This document shows positions 48,269 to 57,396 of a stretch of DNA of 64,000 bases, piece after piece. Below the pieces are notes generated by a model. That model was not told the origin of the DNA. It saw only the letters and a program-made list of their open reading frames with translations, and made no database searches. The translations under genes were made by a program, and so were the position numbers. Location: the sequence record MW749006.1; one strand, written 5' to 3'. The first letter of the stretch is position 1; every line of letters starts with the position of its first letter.

Positions 48269-48511
48269 ATGACTACTGAAAGAGATTTACACACTATCAA
48301 CGCTAAAGAATCTGAGGGAACTGAAAAGTATCCTTGGTTTATCTTTGACTTTAACTCTAAGGTATTATATACCGTGTCCGTTATTAAAGGTTATTTTAGA
48401 GTTGGTCGATACTACTCCGATAACGGAGAAGCTAAGATTGAGTACACTGATATTAGTGACGAAGAGATAGATGCTTTGTTCTATCACGTTTACCCTAAAC
48501 CAACCGAATAG
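48269..48511 (+). CDS. Small paralogue-array protein 4
   Basis: FIFDFNSKVLYTV. Confidence 0.65.
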   Translation: MTTERDLHTINAKESEGTEKYPWFIFDFNSKVLYTVSVIKGYFRVGRYYSDNGEAKIEYTDISDEEIDALFYHVYPKPTE

Positions 48512-48562
48512 TAATATTAACTCTACACTAAACCCATAAACTTAAAAGAAGAGAGACAACAT

Positions 48563-48901
48563 ATGTCATTTCACCTGATCAAAAAAGAAGACAAAGACAA
48601 CAACCTAACTGTAGCTACCGTGTTTGACGGTACAATGGGTATGTTGTATCGAGTAACTAAGAACGTAGATAAGTTCTATGTTGAACATTTATCTGAGTCT
48701 AGTAACGGTGAAACTCTATTAGCTACAGAAGCTAAGTTAGACGATAGCACTGCGTTAGAGATTCTTAAGGTAGCTATTCCTAGTACTGTACTTGGTATCA
48801 AGAAACTAGTAACTACTCACTATGAATTAAGTAAAGAAGAAGTTAAAGATAATACTTGTGTCATTACTCAGTTTAAAGTAGAAGGTAGCGCAGCTCACTA
48901 A
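48563..48901 (+). CDS. Small paralogue-array protein 5
   Basis: TVFDGTMGMLYRV. Confidence 0.65.
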   Translation: MSFHLIKKEDKDNNLTVATVFDGTMGMLYRVTKNVDKFYVEHLSESSNGETLLATEAKLDDSTALEILKVAIPSTVLGIKKLVTTHYELSKEEVKDNTCVITQFKVEGSAAH

Positions 48902-48912
48902 TAAAGACTTAT

Positions 48913-48961
48913 CCACCAAGAAGCCTAATAAGCTTCTTGGTGGTAGTGTTCTTTTTTTCTT
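48913..48961 (+). terminator. Intrinsic terminator
   Basis: ccaccaagaagc/gcttcttggtgg plus T tract. Confidence 0.75.
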
Positions 48962-48970
48962 TAGATGTGA

Positions 48971-49030
48971 CTGAAATTCTTACAGTTACATATATATTAC
49001 CTAGAGAGATACAGTGTAATTCTATACTGT
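48971..49030 (+). repeat. Promoter-stem-loop module, copy B1
   Basis: Near-identical to 61328..61387; contains CTGAA-N12-ACATATATATTA. Confidence 0.85.
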
Positions 49031-49052
49031 ATAATTATTGTTGGAGGTCTCT

Positions 49053-49337
49053 ATGTGTAATTTATCAGCTTTAGTTAATGGAGATCTCACTGATCGCCAG
49101 ATACTATCAGTTAAGAAACTAGATGAAGTTCGTAAAGAAGGACTACCTTTAGTAGAACGCATTCCGTACATAATGGAATGTATGTTCGAAATGGAACTCT
49201 CTTTTGAGTACGTTGAAAGTTTTATTGTTAAGTTGATTAACAGAGCCAAAGAAAGACACTTAAAAGAAGTGTCTTCTAATTTAACAAACCTAGACACTGA
49301 GTTGATGGAGTTATCTCCACGGGTGTTTCTAGGTTAA
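49053..49337 (+). CDS. Small early protein in single-gene cassette
   Basis: ATG 49053 after GGAGG. Confidence 0.65.
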   Translation: MCNLSALVNGDLTDRQILSVKKLDEVRKEGLPLVERIPYIMECMFEMELSFEYVESFIVKLINRAKERHLKEVSSNLTNLDTELMELSPRVFLG

Positions 49338-49380
49338 GAAGGAACACATAACCGACGTTTAATAAAGTATAGTTTAAAGA

Positions 49381-49428
49381 AACCACTACCCGGCTAACGC
49401 TAGGTAGTGGTTTCTTTTTTCTTTCTTT
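49381..49428. terminator. Bidirectional terminator; 32-bp core is the exact reverse complement of 61694..61725
   Basis: aaccactacccggctaacgctaggtagtggtt plus T tract. Confidence 0.9.
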
Positions 49429-51859
49429 ACAACTCAATTACTTCTACATCTCTAAAGTTAGCTAGAGTCTGGTCTACATGTGTGATCAAGAAGATCTGAC
49501 TGTAGAAACTACCTGACATCAAACTAAAGATTAAGTTAAACAACTTAGCTCTATGGTTAGTGTCTAGTGTTAAACCAAACTCATCTAAGAACAAACAACT
49601 CCCTTCTAACCCTAACAACCTGTACATCACTAACTTAAAACTAAGATTGATGATCTCCTTCATACCGTTAGATACTAAGTTGATATCGTCTATAGTCATC
49701 TTGTCTTCTACCTCTACCTTAAACTTATAGTTCAAAGCTTCACTCTCTATATCTAGAGGACGCAGTATCATCTTGTAATCCCAGATACCACGGATAGTGT
49801 TATTGATGTTGTTAATTATGTTGTTAAGGAAACTACTCACTGACTTAGCAATAATACCGTTCTTAGGTGATAGTTCATCTAGAGTGATGTTAAGTACTTT
49901 AGAGTTCTCTTGGTAGTCTTCTATTAATTTCTTAGCTTGTTCTACGGAGTAAGAGATAGTCTTGTGGTGTGCTAACTCATTCTCAGTCTCTACTATGATT
50001 ACCTTTGACTTTGTTAAGTCAGTGTCTATAGTCGCTATGATCGCGTCTACAACGTTTGAGAGGTTACTGGTAGTGACATTAGTCCTAGACGTTTCTATCT
50101 CAGTGTGGAGCTTATCAAGGTACGTGTGGAGAGTGTTAGCTCTTTGTATGTGAGAAAGATTAGCTAGTAAGTCTTTCTTCTTAGCTTGTAGCTCAAACGC
50201 TAAGCTACTTAGTGTATTAACTTCTTCTTCTATATTAGAGAGAGATGTATTACGTAATGTATTTAGAGTTTCTAGACCTTCGTGTATCTCTGATAGTCTA
50301 GTGTCTATTTCTGTTAATCTTCTAAGGTACTTAACATCTAAAGCAGCTTGTGCTATGACTGTCATTATCTTAGGTGGATCTTCGTAGACGTAACCTAATG
50401 AATTTACTCTATTCCAAACTTCTTGAAGAGATTCTCTAGTAACAGAAACAAGACGACTAAACTGTCTGTGTTGGTTGAAGTACTCTTGTTGTTGCTCTTG
50501 AATAGCTTCTATCTCTTTAACTTTAGTCTGTGCTTTATGTTTGTCCCCTAGAACTGTCTGTAGCTTTGTTCTAGCATCTTTTAAGAGAGTAGGGATATCC
50601 TTGGGTGACCAAGTGTATTCACAGCTAGGACAGGTCGTGGTGTCGTTAGAGGAGGTGTAGTCTTCTATAGCTTTCTCTAAACGAATCTCTTCTTGAATAG
50701 CTTTGTTAAGAAGTTCGTTGTAGTGTCTTAGGTTGTTATCAGCCGCGTAAGCTGAATCTCTAGAATACTTAAGTATGTTGTCTACCGTTGGGTTAGGTTG
50801 CATCTCACTTAGTATCTCAGGTAGAGATGTTTCTAACTGATATATCTCATTAGAGTAGAGAGTTACCTTTGACTTGTCTTTAAGTAGGGTAAGAGAAGAC
50901 TCTAGATTAGATTGCTCCATAGCTAGATGTGCTTCTTCTTGTAGTAGAGAATCTACGTCTACTGAAGCTAACAAGGATAAAGCTTTACGTTCCTTATCTT
51001 TTTCCTCTAGTGTAGTGTAGAGTTGATTGAGTTGAAAGTCTACTACGGATAGTTCTGAGTTATACTTAGTAGTGTACTTAGGTATATCACCACGAGGGAA
51101 AGATGTTCTTAGAAGATAGTACCTTTTGTTAAGGTCTTTTAACTTCATAGTTAAGTCTTTGTGTGTGTGGTAGAGATCTAACTGAGATCCATCTGACTTA
51201 TGTTTGTAAAGGGTTGTTCTCATCTCTAGAAGTAAGTCACTGTAATCTTTAGTTCTTTGTAGTGTAGCGTTAAGAGTTTCAAGACGAGTAGTGTCTGAAA
51301 GTTTAGCTTCTTCACGTTGTAGTATAGACGCTTGAGACTTTAATAGTAACTCATTGTTCTTTAGCTCTTCTCGCAGCTTCTCGTACGCTTCTAAGACACT
51401 ATCTATGTTAAGGTGAGTGATAGTATTGAATAACTTCTTACGTGCAAGGAGCGACATACTAGTGAAGTTCTCTTTACCAACAAAGATGTCATGTACTACT
51501 TGAGAGATATTAAAGTGTTTAAGAACTAATGCTCTTTGTGTAGATACAATAGCTGCAGTGTTTAATTCTTCTCCATTCATAACGAATCTAAACTTAGCTG
51601 ACTTCTCTGTGAAGTCTGAGATAAGAATATACTTGTCATGGTCTTTCTCTATATGTATCTCTTTGTATCCACCTTGATTGAAGTCGTTCTTATCTGAAGG
51701 TAGTGGAGTAAGTTCATTGAAGAGAGAAGACTTACCAGATCCATTAGGACCTGAGATCATGGTTAATTTGTTTGTTGGGTTGAAGGTATGTTCAAAGGTG
51801 TTATCGTCTCTGAGTGGCATACGTTTAAAGTTAACTAGTTGTATGTAAGTGATGAACAT
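49427..51859 (-). CDS. sbcC: SbcC/Rad50-like SMC ATPase
   Basis: GPNGSGKS, long coiled coil, CPSC zinc hook, VSNG signature, LFLDEF, LITH. Confidence 0.92.
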   Translation of the reverse strand: MFITYIQLVNFKRMPLRDDNTFEHTFNPTNKLTMISGPNGSGKSSLFNELTPLPSDKNDFNQGGYKEIHIEKDHDKYILISDFTEKSAKFRFVMNGEELNTAAIVSTQRALVLKHFNISQVVHDIFVGKENFTSMSLLARKKLFNTITHLNIDSVLEAYEKLREELKNNELLLKSQASILQREEAKLSDTTRLETLNATLQRTKDYSDLLLEMRTTLYKHKSDGSQLDLYHTHKDLTMKLKDLNKRYYLLRTSFPRGDIPKYTTKYNSELSVVDFQLNQLYTTLEEKDKERKALSLLASVDVDSLLQEEAHLAMEQSNLESSLTLLKDKSKVTLYSNEIYQLETSLPEILSEMQPNPTVDNILKYSRDSAYAADNNLRHYNELLNKAIQEEIRLEKAIEDYTSSNDTTTCPSCEYTWSPKDIPTLLKDARTKLQTVLGDKHKAQTKVKEIEAIQEQQQEYFNQHRQFSRLVSVTRESLQEVWNRVNSLGYVYEDPPKIMTVIAQAALDVKYLRRLTEIDTRLSEIHEGLETLNTLRNTSLSNIEEEVNTLSSLAFELQAKKKDLLANLSHIQRANTLHTYLDKLHTEIETSRTNVTTSNLSNVVDAIIATIDTDLTKSKVIIVETENELAHHKTISYSVEQAKKLIEDYQENSKVLNITLDELSPKNGIIAKSVSSFLNNIINNINNTIRGIWDYKMILRPLDIESEALNYKFKVEVEDKMTIDDINLVSNGMKEIINLSFKLVMYRLLGLEGSCLFLDEFGLTLDTNHRAKLFNLIFSLMSGSFYSQIFLITHVDQTLANFRDVEVIEL

Positions 51860-51935
51860 GTCTATAGTCCTTATCTGATCATTGGATGTTTCCTTTAGTT
51901 CTTTTTGAATAGAAGAATAGGGAAGTTATTTAGCT

Positions 51936-51947
51936 ACATATATAATA
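51936..51947 (+). promoter_or_regulatory. Putative early promoter
   Basis: ACATATATAATA, then gtgagt/actcac hairpin. Confidence 0.65.
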
Positions 51948-52011
51948 GATAGAAGTTAATAGTGAGTAATAAAAAACTCACAGTAATATTTGTTGGTCTT
52001 CTCTTTCTTAT

Positions 52012-52039
52012 CTAAGGAAGGGAAACCTAAGGAAGGGAA
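52012..52039 (+). repeat. 13-bp direct repeat (candidate operator)
   Basis: ctaaggaagggaa at 52012 and 52027. Confidence 0.6.
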
Positions 52040-52136
52040 GGTTTAAAGACATAGATATAGAGAGAGAGTATAGAGGAATAGTAAGTGTAGAGAGATATAC
52101 TCTCTATAGTCATTAACCTAGTGAGTGTTACTTGTT

Positions 52137-52490
52137 ATGAGTTTAAGTGAACGTTTAAAGGAGTTAAGAGAGAATAAGAAAGTATCACTACAAACAGTAG
52201 CTGATAGTGTTGGTGTAACTAAACCCCATATATGGGAGTTAGAGAAAGGTACATCTAAGAATCCTAGCATTAGTTTAATAGTTAGCTTATGTGTTTACTA
52301 TAATGTTACTGTAGACTATCTACTTGGAGTTAGTGTTGATAGTTCTAATCCTTTAACGTTGTACTTCGAAAGGACACTAAAGAAGTCTGGTATTCGTGAG
52401 TTAAGTGTTGATGATATGGATGTTTTGACACTGGCTATTGATATGGCGATAGCTCTCATAAAACAACGGAAAGAAAGTAATAAGGACTAG
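52137..52490 (+). CDS. XRE/Cro-CI family HTH regulator
   Basis: LSERLKELR..KKVSLQTVADSVGVTKPHIWELEKG...P....YNVTVDYLLG. Confidence 0.85.
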   Translation: MSLSERLKELRENKKVSLQTVADSVGVTKPHIWELEKGTSKNPSISLIVSLCVYYNVTVDYLLGVSVDSSNPLTLYFERTLKKSGIRELSVDDMDVLTLAIDMAIALIKQRKESNKD

Positions 52491-52493
52491 GTT

Positions 52494-52841
52494 ATGTCAG
52501 TACGCATTAATTTTGATCTAGCAGTAGAAGGTAAGACTGAGTGGTCTTACAATAAGGTATTACCGACAGAGAATAGTCTTGTTATACAGAGTTATGCTGA
52601 GCGGGTTATCAAGGATATAGTGGATGGTATTCGTGTAAGAGTATTTCGTTTGAACGAATTAGGTTGGGATTCTTCTTACACTACGGAGTATGAGAGTTCT
52701 TTACGTAACTTGTTAAGTGGAGTGTTTAGAGTTAGTTGTATAGCCCAGGATACTATTCACAAACAATATCCTTGTAAAGACAGCATTATGTTAGCTACAA
52801 TTATTACTCCTTGTGTTACTGGTGTAAAGAGTTTAGTATAA
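52494..52841 (+). CDS. Hypothetical protein
   Basis: 115-aa ORF. Confidence 0.6.
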   Translation: MSVRINFDLAVEGKTEWSYNKVLPTENSLVIQSYAERVIKDIVDGIRVRVFRLNELGWDSSYTTEYESSLRNLLSGVFRVSCIAQDTIHKQYPCKDSIMLATIITPCVTGVKSLV

Positions 52842-52847
52842 ACTATT

Positions 52848-52885
52848 GAGAAGGGGTGGCTTAGGCTGCTCCTTCTTATTATTAT
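52848..52885 (+). terminator. Hairpin/terminator
   Basis: gagaaggggtggc-ttag-gctgctccttctt. Confidence 0.55.
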
Positions 52886-52922
52886 TTTATTGTGAATGAG
52901 ATGATTATTTAAGGGGAAGATT

Positions 52923-53831
52923 ATGAGTTTAGTTAAGAACGAAGACGGTAGTTATACTGTTAATGCTACTAAGTTAGATGTTAAGAATGAAAGTAATCAG
53001 ATTTGGAAGAGTCAGCTTGTAAAGGCTATTTTGGATAATGCTGATAGTTCATTTAGAACTAAGTTGAAAGAAGGTGGTGTGTATTCTAACTGGGGATCAC
53101 CCACACCTTCTAAAGACATGTCTATTGAGGAAAGTTTTGAGTTCTATACACAAACAAATACTGAAGATACATGTGCTATCGTTGTAGATTGCAACTTGGA
53201 GGAAGATAACGTAGTACAAGTACGTTTCCGTCCTTTCGGTCCAAAGGGACATCTACTACAGTCTTTAATAGAGGGAGGAATTAAACCAACTTTCGGCATA
53301 CGAAGTATTGGTGAGGTTAATTACGACGAAACACACACACAGATCGTTTCGGTTAAAGAGATAATTACTTTAGATGTAGTTACTAAGGGTCTTAAGGACC
53401 TAACATCAAAACTTTTCTTTCCGGAACTTCAGACAGTTTACAATGACCCTGATGTGGTGTTGGTTGACTTAGATAACATTGCTGCTAAATATTCCGTTAA
53501 AGGTGAAGAATTAGAACGCATACCTTTAGAAGAAGTCTTAACTACCACACGCGAAACAGTTGTGTCTCCCGATAATTTTAAACATGTCAGTGGTGATATC
53601 TACATAGTTAGAACTCAAGCGGGTTTAAAGAATGCACTTAAACAGTACGTTAACCAACACAACACTGAAGACCTTAGAGAAGCACGATACTATCTAGTAG
53701 GTTATCCTAAGTCGTATCCTTCTGTAGTTTCATTCTCTACAGAGTACCAAGGATATCACTATGTAAAGGTTAACTGTGTGCATGTTAATAAATTAACAAA
53801 AGCTATTACTGAATCGGAGAATAAAATATGA
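52923..53831 (+). CDS. Prohead-protease-fold paralogue (likely inactive) fused to a second domain
   Basis: GVYSNWGSP, FRPFGPKG, PTFGIRS align to EVGHP, VKPAGPK, SAFSIR of 42036..42824. Confidence 0.55.
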   Translation: MSLVKNEDGSYTVNATKLDVKNESNQIWKSQLVKAILDNADSSFRTKLKEGGVYSNWGSPTPSKDMSIEESFEFYTQTNTEDTCAIVVDCNLEEDNVVQVRFRPFGPKGHLLQSLIEGGIKPTFGIRSIGEVNYDETHTQIVSVKEIITLDVVTKGLKDLTSKLFFPELQTVYNDPDVVLVDLDNIAAKYSVKGEELERIPLEEVLTTTRETVVSPDNFKHVSGDIYIVRTQAGLKNALKQYVNQHNTEDLREARYYLVGYPKSYPSVVSFSTEYQGYHYVKVNCVHVNKLTKAITESENKI

Positions 53832-54475
53832 TCATGTCAGATAAGTGGTTGATTAAGAATCTACATAAACTAATGACTGGAGGTAGCAGAGGCGCTGTAC
53901 GGTACGTTGACCGTGAGACAGGTATTCCTTTAGCTAACAACTTTCAAATGGGTAGAGAGCTTCCTGGGGACGCTAGACGAGTTGTTTCGTATGGTGTTAG
54001 TAGTTATGGTTACGATGTTCGTTTAGATAACAATGTTAATCACATCCGTATCTTTAGTAACGTCAAGGTTACAGAGATTAATCCTAAGAAGATGAGTGAA
54101 GATAACTTCTATCAACCGACTGTTTTAGTAGATGAAGATGGTGGTGAGTACGTGTTGATTCCACCTCACTCCTATCTACAAGCTCCTACGGTTGAGTACT
54201 TTGATATACCTAGAGATATCATGGTGGTTGTGTTGGGTAAGAGCACATATGCTCGTAGTGGGGTTGTGTGTAACGTTACTCCTATTGAACCAGGATTTCA
54301 AGGTAACGTAGTTATTGAGTTAGCTAACGTTACTAGCTCTCATGTTCGTTGTTACTTGAATGAAGGAGTAGCTCAGTTTCTATTCTTCCAAGGGAATGAA
54401 CCTTGTGGTTTAAGCTACGCTGACAAAGGTGGTAAGTATCAAGGTCAGACGGGTATGACTATGGCTAAGGTATAG
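53828..54475 (+). CDS. dcd: dCTP deaminase
   Basis: SYG.SSYGYD.RL, GKSTYARSG, TPIEPG..G.V.IE, QFLF, KYQGQ. Confidence 0.93.
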   Translation: MIMSDKWLIKNLHKLMTGGSRGAVRYVDRETGIPLANNFQMGRELPGDARRVVSYGVSSYGYDVRLDNNVNHIRIFSNVKVTEINPKKMSEDNFYQPTVLVDEDGGEYVLIPPHSYLQAPTVEYFDIPRDIMVVVLGKSTYARSGVVCNVTPIEPGFQGNVVIELANVTSSHVRCYLNEGVAQFLFFQGNEPCGLSYADKGGKYQGQTGMTMAKV

Positions 54476-54495
54476 TTTTGGAGATAGTTACAAGT

Positions 54496-54567
54496 ACATA
54501 TATAGTACATAGACTACTGAGCTATTCATTTAGCTTAGTAGTAAACTAACACACTTTAAAGAAGGTA
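54496..54567 (+). repeat. Promoter-stem-loop-SD module, copy A2
   Basis: Near-identical to 23697..23769. Confidence 0.85.
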
Positions 54568-54574
54568 TTACAAT

Positions 54575-54763
54575 ATGACTACTGTAGAAGAAAACTCCGA
54601 GTTAAGTAAAATCTTGCAAGAAAACTTAAAGGAAAGAGAACAGTTTAAGAAAGAAGGTAAACTTCGATCTAAAGAAGAACTAGATTCTTTACAGAAACAA
54701 CAATTTCTAAACGTTAATAAGAACTTCGGTTCAATGGGTAACTTTGTAAAGAATAAGGAATAG
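54575..54763 (+). CDS. Small charged protein
   Basis: 62 aa, first gene after promoter. Confidence 0.6.
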   Translation: MTTVEENSELSKILQENLKEREQFKKEGKLRSKEELDSLQKQQFLNVNKNFGSMGNFVKNKE

Positions 54764-54766
54764 CGT

Positions 54767-55339
54767 ATGTCTGAATACAAAGTAATCTTCAGTAATCCTA
54801 ATCTATTAATCTATGTTGATTTAAACGAACAAGATCAACGTAGTCTATATGTTAAAGAAGCTATAACTAATGTAGGTTTTAATTCTAGATTTCCTCACGG
54901 ACTAACTGTTTATTTGAATCACTCTCGTAACAAGTTAATCTTCCAGTTCACAGGACCCGGTAAGAAACGTACTCTTTGTACTTTAAACATGTCTACAGTT
55001 GAAGGAGCTGCGTCTGTTCTTGAAACATATCGTAGATTCCTTAAGAGAGTATACGATAGAACTACTCAGTTGTATGATCTTAGTTTGTCTCAAGGTTGTG
55101 GTGCTATCTTATATAAACGGAAATTACCATTTGTGTATGATACTACTGTAGGGGATAAGGTACACTTCTACAATCCCTTTACTAAGAAGACTGCTTATTT
55201 AGCTAAGACAGACGACCCAGCTCTTAAACGAAAACAACGTAAGGTTTCCAAAGAGATCTTACTGGAGATGAGAACATATAGAGTCTCACACAGAGACGTG
55301 TTAGGTTCTATAGTGTATAAAGGATTACGTAAAAGGTAA
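54767..55339 (+). CDS. Hypothetical protein, tandem paralogue a
   Basis: RFP.GL, FQ.TGP.KKRT shared with next gene. Confidence 0.75.
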   Translation: MSEYKVIFSNPNLLIYVDLNEQDQRSLYVKEAITNVGFNSRFPHGLTVYLNHSRNKLIFQFTGPGKKRTLCTLNMSTVEGAASVLETYRRFLKRVYDRTTQLYDLSLSQGCGAILYKRKLPFVYDTTVGDKVHFYNPFTKKTAYLAKTDDPALKRKQRKVSKEILLEMRTYRVSHRDVLGSIVYKGLRKR

Positions 55340-55345
55340 AGTCCG

Positions 55346-55936
55346 ATGAAGTCATATGTCGCTGTTAAGGAACAGAGTAGAGTAGATGTCTTTAGCAATG
55401 ATAATTTAGATATTTACTTAACTTTAGATGCAAAAGAACAACGTAGGTTAGTAGTTATTAGTCCAGACACTGGAAAGGGTTTCTCTGTTAGGTTCCCTAA
55501 AGGGTTAGTTATCTACTACGGTGTAGTTGATTCTAAACTTAAGTTCCAATACACAGGACCTAATAAGAAAAGAACTATAAACTCTACGGTTATATATAAA
55601 GTTGACTCACCAGACGTTGTTCTTGATATGTATAAGAACCACTTAGAGAAAGTATTTGATAGAACTACTAGACTGTTTGATCTAAACATCACTCAGTCCT
55701 ACGGTTCTTTAATCTACGGTGTTAACGGTAATAGAGCTTTCATTCATCCAAGGTCTAAAGAGAACAAGGTAGACTACTATGATCCTGTTCTCAAAAAGAG
55801 TTCCTACTTGACAACTAAAGACAATCCACATAGGGTTGACATAGAGTTGAAGAAATCCAAAGAGATGAAAGATAAACTAGCTGGGTATATAGTAACTCAT
55901 AAACAAATTATAAGTTCTATTAAAAGGATTCGATAA
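55346..55936 (+). CDS. Hypothetical protein, tandem paralogue b
   Basis: As above. Confidence 0.75.
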   Translation: MKSYVAVKEQSRVDVFSNDNLDIYLTLDAKEQRRLVVISPDTGKGFSVRFPKGLVIYYGVVDSKLKFQYTGPNKKRTINSTVIYKVDSPDVVLDMYKNHLEKVFDRTTRLFDLNITQSYGSLIYGVNGNRAFIHPRSKENKVDYYDPVLKKSSYLTTKDNPHRVDIELKKSKEMKDKLAGYIVTHKQIISSIKRIR

Positions 55937-56245
55937 ATGAGTATGAGAGTAGTTACACTTACTATCACAGTAGACAATCTCGGAACATTAACTGTTCTTA
56001 GATATTTACCAGTGACGAAAGGAGGTAAGATCTTTCTTGCCTCTATTAAGTCTATGGATCTCGCTATGAGAACTGAAGTACCTAAATGTAAGAAACTAAA
56101 GTCGTTAGATAAAAATGACTTAATGGTATACATTAAAGACTGTGTAGCTACAATGATTAACTACGACAGTTATATGGAAAACATTAACTTAGATCGTACT
56201 CTTAATGTTAGTGTTAAGTGTACTTTTACTATTAGGAAGTTTTAG
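55937..56245 (+). CDS. Hypothetical protein
   Basis: 102-aa ORF. Confidence 0.6.
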   Translation: MSMRVVTLTITVDNLGTLTVLRYLPVTKGGKIFLASIKSMDLAMRTEVPKCKKLKSLDKNDLMVYIKDCVATMINYDSYMENINLDRTLNVSVKCTFTIRKF

Positions 56246-56246
56246 C

Positions 56247-56573
56247 ATGAACGCGGATTTATTTATACACGCAACTATCACTGATAACGAAAAACGTGTG
56301 TTGTTCTATAGAAGTTTACCGGTCTTCTATCAAAGTGGAGATAAGACATTAAACGAATCTATAGTTAGAGAAGTTCTTAATAAACTTAAGTCAGAACACC
56401 ATATGTGGGCTGTGAGTACTGGAATATATTCTAGTCCGGAAGCAGGTTTTATCGGTGACAAATTCAACCAGTTCTTAGATTTAATTAAACCTCACCTTTA
56501 TAACCCTACCGGTATAGAGTCTTCAGAACTCATTGAGTCTGATAGATACTTTCGTATTTGGGTTACAACTTAA
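56247..56573 (+). CDS. Hypothetical protein
   Basis: ATG 56247 after AGGA. Confidence 0.6.
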   Translation: MNADLFIHATITDNEKRVLFYRSLPVFYQSGDKTLNESIVREVLNKLKSEHHMWAVSTGIYSSPEAGFIGDKFNQFLDLIKPHLYNPTGIESSELIESDRYFRIWVTT

Positions 56574-56588
56574 TTTGGGAGTGGTAAC

Positions 56589-56882
56589 ATGAAACGTTAT
56601 GTAGTTTGGAATCAAGCTAAGACTATGGGGTTGTTTACAACTGATAAAGAATTAGCTCTTAGAGTTTCTAGTAACGCTTTTACTGGATGTTACGGTAAAG
56701 ACGGTAGAGTAATAGACATAGCTACTTCTTTTAGTGCTGAGTGGTGTAAAGTTAAAGGGCAGTGCACTATGGAAAAGGTAGATCGTAAATTCCCTTGGCC
56801 AGTTGGAGTTGAGCACTTTACATTAGAATTTGATCAAGGCGAACCTGTCTGGTTAACCCTTAAACTACACGGAGACATTTAA
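56589..56882 (+). CDS. Hypothetical protein
   Basis: 97-aa ORF. Confidence 0.6.
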   Translation: MKRYVVWNQAKTMGLFTTDKELALRVSSNAFTGCYGKDGRVIDIATSFSAEWCKVKGQCTMEKVDRKFPWPVGVEHFTLEFDQGEPVWLTLKLHGDI

Positions 56883-56884
56883 AC

Positions 56885-57214
56885 GTGAATATTGATTACA
56901 ATGTAGAGTTTGAAATCATGAAAGAAAACCACTCCATCTTTTCCCGTAAGGACTTGATGGAAGCTTGTGACTTCACAGGTAAACCTAACGTCGGTTACTT
57001 GAAAGAACATTTGAACGAAACATATAACCAGCTAGACAACTCCAGTGTGAGAGATCACTACAACTTATGGTTGGATAAAGAAGTCTTAGATTTCTTTGAG
57101 CGCTTCTGTAATCAACTACAGGAATGTAAAGCTCCTTTAACTAGAATGTCTAGAGTAGAGACTACTAAGAACGGAGTCAAGTTTAAACTATCTATACAAC
57201 AAACAGGCACTTAG
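56885..57214 (+). CDS. Hypothetical protein
   Basis: 109 aa, GTG start after GGAG. Confidence 0.6.
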   Translation: MNIDYNVEFEIMKENHSIFSRKDLMEACDFTGKPNVGYLKEHLNETYNQLDNSSVRDHYNLWLDKEVLDFFERFCNQLQECKAPLTRMSRVETTKNGVKFKLSIQQTGT

Positions 57215-57215
57215 A

Positions 57216-57353
57216 ATGTCTATTAGAAAACTAACTATTTTTGCTGTGGTTTGGAAAGACTTACCTTATGTACGCTTTTCATGGACATCTGCCTCTTTCC
57301 CGGGTAACCCTGATGAAAGAAGAAGCAGAGTTGGTTCATTAAAGAATTCCTAA
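57216..57353 (+). CDS. Short ORF or gene remnant (45 aa)
   Basis: Hand-translated MSIRKLTIFAVVW...; fills the gap in a tight operon. Confidence 0.3.
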   Translation: MSIRKLTIFAVVWKDLPYVRFSWTSASFPGNPDERRSRVGSLKNS

Positions 57354-57396
57354 CGAAGTAAACACTATTCCTAAATTGAAGAAGAAGGTAAACAAC

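Noticed and set aside
57309-57360. CTGATGA...CGAA hammerhead-like core
   Set aside because: No stem II closing onto GAAA and no stems I/III; lies in a short ORF
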